NCBI GenBank assembly: GCA_021734835.1
Contig: JAIPIH010000002.1
Coordinates: 141,979-205,978 of the forward strand
Source of the DNA: Candidatus Cloacimonadota bacterium
GTDB lineage: Bacteria; Cloacimonadota; Cloacimonadia; Cloacimonadales; TCS61
Length of the DNA stretch: 64,000 nucleotides
Direction of reading: 5' to 3'
This document shows positions 27,526 through 35,226 of the stretch, piece by piece. The notes below the pieces were generated by a model that searched no databases, had not been told where the DNA came from, and saw nothing but the letters and a program-made list of their open reading frames with translations. Within the stretch, counting starts at the first letter, position 1; the number at the start of each line of letters is the position of its first letter. The position numbers were made by a program, and so were the translations under genes.

Positions 27526-29702
27526 TGAATATTTATAAAAATAAATACAATGTAGATCAAATTAAGGAAAATCACAAAATCATTGCAGAATTTAAATATG
27601 ATATCAAAAAACTCTCCCTTGGATATTCAAACAAAACATTACATATCAACCTTGGTAAATCAAAGATCAGTTCAAAAGAAGTTTCACAAGAGATGAAAGA
27701 TAAATTTACCGGAGGACGCGGTTTTAACCTCAAATTATTGTGGGATGCTGTCAATGAAAATACAAAATGGGATTCTCCTGAAAATGAAATCGTTATCGCA
27801 GCCGGTCCTATGAGCGGTATTACTCAATACCCAGGAACGGGGAAATCTATAGTATGCGGGATATCTCCACTCACACAAGCACCTGTGGATAGTAATGTTG
27901 GAGGTTATTTCGGTCCTTATTTAAAATTTTCAGGTTGGGATGCAATAGAACTTCAAGGTATCTCAAAGAAGGACGTAATTGTCTATATCAATGGAGATGA
28001 AGGTCTAATTCAGATAATTGAAGCCCCCAAGGAAGATGTCAATTCTCATTTGATCTCTGAACAAATGTGCGATATATTTGCAGAAAATGAAATGGATATG
28101 AAATCAATTGCTACTGTTAGTGCCGGTCAAGGTGCCGAAAACAGCTTTTTTGGCTGCTTAAATTTCAGTTTTTATGATAGGCGCAGAAAGGTGGCTAGAC
28201 TGAAACAAGCTGGTCGCGGTGGACTGGGAACACTTTTCCGTCATAAGAAAGTAAAAGCAGTAGTTTGTAAATTTAGTAGTTTAAATTTTAATAACAACGA
28301 AGTAGATAATCTGGAAATGATCAAGGAAGTGGGCAAAAATTATCATCGAGAGCTATATGAGGAAGATGATAAACAATGTGATATGCGTCATGTTGGAACA
28401 GCTCATCTTGTCGAGATAATGGATGATTATGATCTGCTTCCTACCCATAATTACAAATTTGGTTCTGACTCTAAAACACCTAAGATTTCTTCTCCAATCT
28501 GGAGAGAAATGTTTACACAAGGGATTCCTGACGGATGCTGGTATGGATGTTCAATGCAATGCGCAAAATGTGTGGATGGTTATGTGCTGAGAACAGGACC
28601 TTATAAAGGAGATACTGTTTCTGTAGATGGCCCGGAATATGAGACAGCAGCTGCCTTCGGTGCCAATATGGGCATCTTTGATCCTCACTTTATTGTCGAA
28701 GCTAATTTCTATTGTGATACTTATGCGATTGATACTATCTCTTTTGGAACAACAATGGCATTTATCATGGAATGTTATGAAAATAATATTATTAACAAAG
28801 AGATAACAGGCGGCTATGATCTATCATTTGGAAATGGTGAAGAAGCTCTGAATATGCTGCATCTAATGGCCTCCGGAGTTGGCTTTGGCAAAACTATCGG
28901 CCTGGGGATCAGAAGACTAAAAAAATTATTCGTCGATAAATATAATGCTGATGCAAATTTTCTAAATGATATTGGAATGGAATGCAAAGGAATGGAATAT
29001 TCCGAATATATGACTAAAGAATCTCTCGCTATGCAAGGCGGATATGGTTTAGCTCTCAAGGGTGCACAACACGATGAAGCCTGGCTGATCTTTATGGATA
29101 TGGTAAACAATCAAATTCCTACATTTGAAGATAAGGCTGAAGCTCTTCATTACTTCCCTATGTTCAGGACATGGTTTGGTTTGCAGGGCTTGTGTAAGCT
29201 GCCATGGAATGACGTTGAACCGGCTGATAATGCTGAGACTGAAGAACCTGCAAAAGTTCCTTCTCATGTACAGAATTATGTTGATATTTTTAATTCTATA
29301 ACAGGTAGAAAAATTGATAAAAATGAAATGATCTTGCAATCTGAACGTGTATATAATTTCCAACGCGTTTTCAATTTAAGAATGGGCTTTGGTACCAGAA
29401 CTTCTGATAAGATACCCTATCGTTCTGCTGGTCCTGTAACAAATGAGGAATATCTTTCCAGAGAAGACCGTTATGATAAGCAGTTACAAGAGAAATGGAA
29501 CTGGAATCCCAAAGGAAAATCTGTTGATGAAAGAAAAAATAAACTAAGACAATTTCGTGAAGATGCCTATCAGCAACTCTGTGATGCTGTTTATAAAAGA
29601 CGCGGCTGGGATAATAACGGGGTTCCAACAATTAATAAAATGAAAGAACTTAAAATGGATCTGCCCGGTGTGATCGAAGTTCTGAAAAAATATGGGCAAT
29701 AA
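27525..29702 (+). CDS. aor: aldehyde:ferredoxin oxidoreductase family (tungsten/molybdopterin) enzyme
   Basis: ATG at 27525 is preceded by AGGAGG (27511-27516). AOR N-terminal domain motif FTGGRGFNLKLLW, Cys cluster DGCWYGCSMQCAKC and later GLCKLPW. 725 aa. Confidence 0.85.
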   Translation: MNIYKNKYNVDQIKENHKIIAEFKYDIKKLSLGYSNKTLHINLGKSKISSKEVSQEMKDKFTGGRGFNLKLLWDAVNENTKWDSPENEIVIAAGPMSGITQYPGTGKSIVCGISPLTQAPVDSNVGGYFGPYLKFSGWDAIELQGISKKDVIVYINGDEGLIQIIEAPKEDVNSHLISEQMCDIFAENEMDMKSIATVSAGQGAENSFFGCLNFSFYDRRRKVARLKQAGRGGLGTLFRHKKVKAVVCKFSSLNFNNNEVDNLEMIKEVGKNYHRELYEEDDKQCDMRHVGTAHLVEIMDDYDLLPTHNYKFGSDSKTPKISSPIWREMFTQGIPDGCWYGCSMQCAKCVDGYVLRTGPYKGDTVSVDGPEYETAAAFGANMGIFDPHFIVEANFYCDTYAIDTISFGTTMAFIMECYENNIINKEITGGYDLSFGNGEEALNMLHLMASGVGFGKTIGLGIRRLKKLFVDKYNADANFLNDIGMECKGMEYSEYMTKESLAMQGGYGLALKGAQHDEAWLIFMDMVNNQIPTFEDKAEALHYFPMFRTWFGLQGLCKLPWNDVEPADNAETEEPAKVPSHVQNYVDIFNSITGRKIDKNEMILQSERVYNFQRVFNLRMGFGTRTSDKIPYRSAGPVTNEEYLSREDRYDKQLQEKWNWNPKGKSVDERKNKLRQFREDAYQQLCDAVYKRRGWDNNGVPTINKMKELKMDLPGVIEVLKKYGQ

Positions 29703-29726
29703 TTACCACTTGGAAATTGTTATATA

Positions 29727-30344
29727 ATGAGCAGTATGAAGAAAGAAGAATTTTTTTCAAAGCATGATCAACGGATCATTCCTAAACTGCAAAGAGCTGT
29801 AATCGGCATTGCAGGAGCAGGAGGTTTAGGTTCTAATGTTGCAATTTCATTAACCAGAGCTGGTATTGGAGAGCTTATCATTGCTGACTTCGATAAAATA
29901 GAACCTTCCAATTTGAATAGACAGCAGTATTTTCAAAATCAAATAGGACTACCAAAGGTTGCAGCATTAAAAGATAATTTGGAGAAGATAAGCCCCTTCA
30001 CAAGAGTAAAGATTTATGAAGTTAAACTTGATAAAACTAACATCATCCCAATATTCAAAAATGTTGATATTTTAGTAGAAGCTTTTGATAAATCTGAGAT
30101 GAAAGTGATGCTGATCGAAACCTGGCTGGGGAAATTCCCTAAAAAACCAATCATAGCAGCTTCTGGGCTGGCCGGCTGGGGAAAAAATGAATTGATTCAT
30201 ACAAAACAGATTGATAACTTGTTGATATGTGGTGATGAGGAATCAAGAGTTACAGAAGCTATCTCTCCACTGAGCCCAAGAGTAGGTATTATCGCTAATA
30301 TGCAGGCAAACTTAGTTTTGGAGCTGTTGCTGAGTAAAATATGA
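29727..30344 (+). CDS. ThiF/MoeB-family sulfur-carrier adenylyltransferase (short form)
   Basis: Nucleotide-binding GAGGLGSNVA and DFD...SNLNRQ motifs. 205 aa. Confidence 0.8.
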   Translation: MSSMKKEEFFSKHDQRIIPKLQRAVIGIAGAGGLGSNVAISLTRAGIGELIIADFDKIEPSNLNRQQYFQNQIGLPKVAALKDNLEKISPFTRVKIYEVKLDKTNIIPIFKNVDILVEAFDKSEMKVMLIETWLGKFPKKPIIAASGLAGWGKNELIHTKQIDNLLICGDEESRVTEAISPLSPRVGIIANMQANLVLELLLSKI

Positions 30345-30544
30345 AAACTATAACTGTTAACGGAAATGAAATTAATTGGGAAAAGGATATAAACATCGAC
30401 GATTTACTCAAAAAAATGAATTATACTTTTAAAATGATAGTTGTGAAAATTGATGGTAATCTTATAAAAAAAAATGAGTATAAATCCACTATAGTTTATG
30501 CAGGAGCTGATGTAAAAGTTATTCATCTGGTTAGTGGTGGATAA
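30341..30544 (+). CDS. ThiS/MoaD-family ubiquitin-like sulfur carrier
   Basis: 67 aa ending in ...VSGG, the C-terminal Gly-Gly. ATGA overlap with the ThiF-like gene. Confidence 0.8.
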   Translation: MKTITVNGNEINWEKDINIDDLLKKMNYTFKMIVVKIDGNLIKKNEYKSTIVYAGADVKVIHLVSGG

Positions 30545-30616
30545 TAATTTAATAAATTAATTAAATTTAGATTTACATTGAAACTTATTTAATTAATTTT
30601 GTAATATGAGGTTAAA

Positions 30617-31096
30617 ATGAAAATTTATATTTTTCTAATCAGTATTTTGCTTGCATCCTGTGCAAAGCAGAAACTTGTAAAAGATTTTGACGAACAAACT
30701 ATTCCTGAATCTGCTGCAGGATTAGAAGAATTCAAAATTGAAGAGAATGAAGACAACGTCATAACCGAGAAAAATGCTCATGCAAAGCTTGTCTATGCTG
30801 ACAATCTAATTAAATTAGGTGATTATAAACAAGCTATCAGGATATACCAAGAGATATTTGATGATACAAAATATCGAGATGACCAGAGAGATGATGCGGT
30901 GTTCAAACTTGGTAAAACATATGAAAGCGTGCTTTATGAAGAAGCCGACATCAACAAAGCAATTTATTATTTCGATCTTTTGATCAATAAATTCCCTTTG
31001 TCAGACAGAAGACTTGAAGCTTATGAAAGAAGCCAGAGGTTAAAAATTAAATTGGAAGAAAAAAGAAATCTAAAAAACAACAATACAAATGAATAG
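30617..31096 (+). CDS. lipoprotein with TPR-like helical repeats
   Basis: Signal peptide and lipobox ILLASC. Helical repeat region (GDYKQAIRIYQEIF, KAIYYFDLLINKFP). Confidence 0.6.
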   Translation: MKIYIFLISILLASCAKQKLVKDFDEQTIPESAAGLEEFKIEENEDNVITEKNAHAKLVYADNLIKLGDYKQAIRIYQEIFDDTKYRDDQRDDAVFKLGKTYESVLYEEADINKAIYYFDLLINKFPLSDRRLEAYERSQRLKIKLEEKRNLKNNNTNE

Positions 31097-31104
31097 GAAA
31101 GGAT

Positions 31105-31419
31105 ATGTTTACAATCAACGATTATTTTGATGGAAAAGTTAAATCAATTTCTTTTAAAGATGAAAAAAGCGAGGCAACTCTTGGTGTGATGGCAAAAGGT
31201 GTTTATGAGTTCAAGACTTCTAAAAAAGAGGTGATGACTGTTATCAGCGGTAAACTCAACGTGCAGCTTCCAGGATGCGAATCTTGGAAAGAATTTGAAC
31301 GATACGATTCTTTTACGATTAATGCTGATAGCACTTTTAAAGTAAAAACAATTGGAGAATCTTCTTACATTTGCAGATATTATGAACCTAACTGCAATTG
31401 TAATTGTAATTGTACTTAA
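31105..31419 (+). CDS. ppnP: pyrimidine/purine nucleoside phosphorylase PpnP (DUF1255/YaiE family) with Asn-Cys repeat tail
   Basis: N-terminus NDYFDGKVKSISF and a cupin-like length match the PpnP/UPF0345 family. The extra C-terminal NCNCNCNCT is encoded by an AATTGT tandem repeat. Confidence 0.75.
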   Translation: MFTINDYFDGKVKSISFKDEKSEATLGVMAKGVYEFKTSKKEVMTVISGKLNVQLPGCESWKEFERYDSFTINADSTFKVKTIGESSYICRYYEPNCNCNCNCT

Positions 31420-31427
31420 TCTATTCT

Positions 31428-31985
31428 ATGAGACTTTTGTATCTCCTTTTATTTTGTACAATTCTAATTTTTTTTATTATATTTAACCTACAAGCTCAAG
31501 ATAAACTCGAAGTAAGTTTATTTGATGGTAAGCTACAACTAATGGGAACGGATTGGTTCTTAATTTTTAATGGTGATTTCTATCAGCTGGATTTAGCTCC
31601 TGAAGAATACCTGGCAGAAAAAAATATAAATCTTGAGACAAATAGTAATTTCCGGGGAGAAGGGAAATTATCCAACAATGTAATAACAATCGTTAACATT
31701 CACACTGTTGACAATATTGTAGATATTCGTAACCAAAACGGGAAACCGCTTTGGACTGAAAAAGAAGATCTCGGACACTTTATTATTGATCGCAGGAAAT
31801 GTATTGGATGTCAATTATGTGTAGCAGTCTGCCCTACTAATGCGATTTTAATGAAATATGGTTTTGCAGAAATAGATGCAGGGAAGTGTATAGATTGTGG
31901 TATTTGTATCAATGGAATAGCAGATTATAAAGGTTGCCCTACCTATGCCATCAGCGATAATGAAAACAAAATAAACAAAAAATAA
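31428..31985 (+). CDS. membrane-anchored protein with C-terminal 2x[4Fe-4S] ferredoxin domain
   Basis: N-terminal TM MRLLYLLLFCTILIFFIIF. C-terminal CIGCQLCVAVCP and CIDCGIC....CP. ATG at 31428 is preferred over the TTG at 31410, which overlaps ppnP. Confidence 0.65.
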   Translation: MRLLYLLLFCTILIFFIIFNLQAQDKLEVSLFDGKLQLMGTDWFLIFNGDFYQLDLAPEEYLAEKNINLETNSNFRGEGKLSNNVITIVNIHTVDNIVDIRNQNGKPLWTEKEDLGHFIIDRRKCIGCQLCVAVCPTNAILMKYGFAEIDAGKCIDCGICINGIADYKGCPTYAISDNENKINKK

Positions 31986-32015
31986 GCCTTGTATTAAAAT
32001 ACATATTTTTATCAT

Positions 32016-32047
32016 TTTGATAAATTTTAACACACTTTGTTATCAAA
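32016..32047 (+). promoter_or_regulatory. dyad TTTGATAA-N16-TTATCAAA, candidate upstream activator site
   Basis: Perfect 8-bp inverted repeat arms at 32016-32023 and 32040-32047. Centred about 100 bp upstream of the sigma-54 -24 element. Confidence 0.4.
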
Positions 32048-32130
32048 CTAATAAAATCTAACCCATTAACAATTCCCTAAATATCTTCCATCGGTATGCA
32101 CATCAACAGGTTATAGTACGACCTTATATT

Positions 32131-32146
32131 TGGCACATATCTTGCA
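32131..32146 (+). promoter_or_regulatory. sigma-54 (RpoN) -24/-12 promoter
   Basis: TGGCACatatcTTGCA matches the consensus TGGCAC-N5-TTGCW exactly in both sequence and spacing. Intergenic, correctly oriented, about 115 bp upstream of the PDZ gene. A GAFTGA-type activator is encoded 3 kb downstream. Confidence 0.8.
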
Positions 32147-32174
32147 GAAAGGTCTTTAAAATGAAGGAGGAAAA

Positions 32175-32249
32175 ATGGAGAATTTAATTATTAAGTGGCA
32201 GGAAAAGAAACTAAAGGTTATTAACCGATTGATCTGTAAAAATAAGTAA
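32175..32249 (+). CDS. candidate 24-codon mini-ORF (MENLIIKWQEKKLKVINRLICKNK)
   Basis: ATG preceded by AAGGAGG (32164-32170). Lies between the sigma-54 promoter and the PDZ gene. Below the ORF-track size cutoff, with no other support. Confidence 0.25.
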   Translation: MENLIIKWQEKKLKVINRLICKNK

Positions 32250-32260
32250 TAAGGGAGGAT

Positions 32261-33454
32261 ATGATGAACAAGATCATTGCAGCATTAATTTTAATTACAT
32301 GTTCCACACTATTATTGGGACAAGAACAACCCGCACAGAAGATAATGAATGAAACAGATTTTGAAAAGGAATTTGAGGGAATTCAATCCGATACTGAAGA
32401 GATAAATGTAGAGGTATTATCTGCTAAGACATCAGAGGTCACACCCAAAATGGGTCTCTATTTTTCTGATATGGACTTTGAAGACGCTTATCAAAAGCAT
32501 TATCCATATTGTTATGGAGTATATGTAGCAGGTGTTACACAAAATGGGCCTTCCTATAAAGCTGGAATTGTTGCGGGTGACATCATTATGGAATTCGATG
32601 GAAAAATTACCAGATTTGAAAAGCATCTTGTAACCTTGATCAAAAGTAAAAATATTGGAGATGAAGTTAAGGTTAAGATCTTTAGAGATGAAGAAATAGT
32701 CTATGCCAACGTCAAGTTAGATAGTTTAACACCAGCATCAAGTTCTTTCACAATAACAAAAGACGGTAAGGTTACAAAAGCCGCTAAAAAATTATCAGTT
32801 GGCCATGGTGGTGGTGGCTGGATACCTGTTTGGTATATAGATAACGATAAACTGAGAGACTTGAATTATCTTCTCGCAGAATATGGTTTTAATGAATTGG
32901 ATGAAAGCGGCATGTTAATGCACGGTGGCGGAGGTCATGGTAATATTGGAAAAGGTTGGTTTCTAGGTGGTATGGGTGCCGGATATTCGATCGATAAGAA
33001 AAAAGGTTATCAAACTGCTTCCGGCGAATCTGTTACCCGACGAATGTCATATTCAAATACTTTTGGTGGAGTAACATTGGATAAGAGAATTGCGTTTTCC
33101 AGTAATCTGATCTCGTCACTCGGATTTATGCTGGGTTGGGGTGGACATAATTTACAGATATCACAAACGGATGGCAATTATAATTGGGACAGTATGAATG
33201 ATGACATGGATTCAGCAGAAAATAATGCTGTTGAATTAGAGAAAAATTATATATTATTCCAACCAAAAGCAGCTCTGATGTTAAGAATTCTTGATTGGCT
33301 GAGTATCCGTGCTGAAGGTGGGTTGATGCTTTCTCATTCTTATACAAAAGGCTGGGATGCTGTTTCCTGTGAGGATAATTTCCAGATCGACAATTCCCCA
33401 GAAACCTCATATCAGGGTTATACTATTTCTATTGGCCCTTGGTTTGGTTTTTAA
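32261..33454 (+). CDS. secreted PDZ-domain protein with Gly-rich segments and an OMP-like beta-rich C-terminus
   Basis: SD AAGGGAGGA and a signal peptide. PDZ core GVYVAGVTQNGPSYKAGIVAGDIIMEFDG. Gly runs GHGGGGW and HGGGGHGNIGKGW. Alternating-pattern C-terminal region ending ...ISIGPWFGF. Confidence 0.75.
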   Translation: MMNKIIAALILITCSTLLLGQEQPAQKIMNETDFEKEFEGIQSDTEEINVEVLSAKTSEVTPKMGLYFSDMDFEDAYQKHYPYCYGVYVAGVTQNGPSYKAGIVAGDIIMEFDGKITRFEKHLVTLIKSKNIGDEVKVKIFRDEEIVYANVKLDSLTPASSSFTITKDGKVTKAAKKLSVGHGGGGWIPVWYIDNDKLRDLNYLLAEYGFNELDESGMLMHGGGGHGNIGKGWFLGGMGAGYSIDKKKGYQTASGESVTRRMSYSNTFGGVTLDKRIAFSSNLISSLGFMLGWGGHNLQISQTDGNYNWDSMNDDMDSAENNAVELEKNYILFQPKAALMLRILDWLSIRAEGGLMLSHSYTKGWDAVSCEDNFQIDNSPETSYQGYTISIGPWFGF

Positions 33455-33472
33455 TTATTGACACATTTGAAG

Positions 33473-33507
33473 AGTCTCTGACATTTTTTGCCGGAGACTT
33501 TTTTTTT
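33473..33507 (+). terminator. candidate intrinsic terminator or attenuator after the PDZ gene
   Basis: Stem AGTCTCTG / CGGAGACT (8 bp including one G-U) with an 11-nt loop, followed by a run of 9 T. It abuts the AGGAGG SD of the next gene. Confidence 0.45.
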
Positions 33508-33518
33508 AGGAGGATGTA

Positions 33519-34067
33519 GTGTTTCAGGTTCTAGCTGATAAAGTCATTACTGGTTTAGCGGCTCTTTCAATGTTACTCTTGAGTTCTTATCAAGGTAATG
33601 AAGCTAGATTCGAAAATTTTCATACTTCGGTGATCCAAGATAAAGTTTTCCTTGAATACAAGCTTGTTAAAGCATTTGAAAATGATTTTGAAGAGATATT
33701 TAAATCTGGACAAAACATAGAAATAATGTTTAAAATAACCTTCGATTTAAATAACACTGTGATCTTCGAAGACGTTTTTATTCACTCAGTTGTCTTCGAC
33801 CCACTCAAACAGGTTTTTTATGTCATGATCGAAGATAAAGAACTCAACATCACAACTGATTCTTATGAAGAGCTGAAAGCGATCATTTCAGAAGTACAAT
33901 ATAGTTTCGAAGATGAATTGATCTATGATTGTGAAGTAACTATTATGGCATATCTTTCTAAAATACAAATGGTGTCTGCTAAAAAGGATTTTGATCTTAT
34001 GCTACTGTGGAAATACAATAAACCTAAACTAACACATAAGATAATGGGTGAACAGAATGAAAATTAA
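33519..34067 (+). CDS. hypothetical exported or membrane-anchored protein encoded upstream of the sensor kinase
   Basis: GTG start after AGGAGG. N-terminal hydrophobic segment GLAALSMLLLSS. 20-nt overlap with the kinase gene. No family assignable by eye. Confidence 0.5.
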   Translation: MFQVLADKVITGLAALSMLLLSSYQGNEARFENFHTSVIQDKVFLEYKLVKAFENDFEEIFKSGQNIEIMFKITFDLNNTVIFEDVFIHSVVFDPLKQVFYVMIEDKELNITTDSYEELKAIISEVQYSFEDELIYDCEVTIMAYLSKIQMVSAKKDFDLMLLWKYNKPKLTHKIMGEQNEN

Positions 34068-35226
34068 TTTTGGGATCAGATCAAGCTTAATTATTCTATT
34101 TCTACTCTTGTATATTTCAAGTTTATTTATTATTAATAATTTTTTTATTAAAAAATATCAGCAATCGAATAAGTTGTTTCAGGATATGAAATTAGATACT
34201 TCAATCTCAGAGTTGTCTTTTCAAACTGAGCTGGACAGCATTCAGGCTAGAATTCTCCTTAACAAATTCCGACAAAATCTGGCAGATGCTAAAATGCTTA
34301 AACAAGAAGCTCAAATATATTCTATCGCCTTTTTACTTATACTGATGATATTTTCCATTGCCATATTTATAATATTTTTATATAAGATCACAAAACCACT
34401 TGATCAGCTGCAAAAGGCGACAAATAAGATAAAAGATGGAAACTTATCTGTTAATCTTCCGGTAACAGGTATCAAAGAGATACGTAACCTGAAACAATCA
34501 TTTAATGAAATGTCCAGAGAATTGAATTCGACTCAAAAAAAGTTAATCCAATCAGAAAAGAACATTATGTGGAAAGAACTTTCAAGAATCCTTGCTCATG
34601 AGATCAAAAACCCACTTACTCCTATTCAGTTAACCATGCAAAGATTAGAAGAAAAGTATAATAATGATACAGAAAACTTGTATGCTGTTTTCCCCGAATC
34701 TGTGATGATCATTAATCAGGAGATAAACAATTTAAAAAATCTGGTTAGTACTTTCTCAAATTTTGCTAAGAACGTTGAGCCTGAAAGCTCAATATTTAAT
34801 CCGAAAACAGAAATTGCTGAAATCCTTAAATCATATCAAAATGATTTCGAGCTTAAATTATCAGGTCAAAATTGTATGATCAAATTTGATAAAACTCATC
34901 TTTATCAGATTATTACTAATTTAGTTCAAAATGCGATTGAAGCTTCTAAGGAAGACGATATTGTAACTATAACCATTACTCAGAAAGATGATTTTGTAAA
35001 AATCTGTATCTTAGATTCAGGAATTGGGATAAAGGAAACTCAGCTCGATAAAATTTTCGAACCATATTTTACAAACAAGAAGAAAGGTACAGGATTAGGA
35101 TTAGCTCTAGTAAAAAAATTAGTTGATATAAATAATTCATCTATAAATGTGACATCAAAAGAAAATGAAGGTAGTTGTTTTGAAATTATCATTCCAAACT
35201 ACCCTTTTGAAAAGGGAATAGCATGA
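34048..35226 (+). CDS. sensor histidine kinase (2 TM, HAMP, HisKA, HATPase), NtrY/AtoS-like
   Basis: HAMP region around ITKPLDQLQKATNKIKDGNL. H-box LAHEIKNPLTPI, N-box NLVQNAIEA, G-boxes DSGIGI and GTGLGLALV. Confidence 0.85.
   Translation: MNRMKINFGIRSSLIILFLLLYISSLFIINNFFIKKYQQSNKLFQDMKLDTSISELSFQTELDSIQARILLNKFRQNLADAKMLKQEAQIYSIAFLLILMIFSIAIFIIFLYKITKPLDQLQKATNKIKDGNLSVNLPVTGIKEIRNLKQSFNEMSRELNSTQKKLIQSEKNIMWKELSRILAHEIKNPLTPIQLTMQRLEEKYNNDTENLYAVFPESVMIINQEINNLKNLVSTFSNFAKNVEPESSIFNPKTEIAEILKSYQNDFELKLSGQNCMIKFDKTHLYQIITNLVQNAIEASKEDDIVTITITQKDDFVKICILDSGIGIKETQLDKIFEPYFTNKKKGTGLGLALVKKLVDINNSSINVTSKENEGSCFEIIIPNYPFEKGIA

Noticed and set aside
30578-30607. TTGAAA-N18-TAATAT candidate promoter upstream of the lipoprotein gene at 30617
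   Set aside because: The implied transcription start would fall downstream of the gene's own GAGG ribosome-binding site and 3 nt from the ATG, which makes the call inconsistent.
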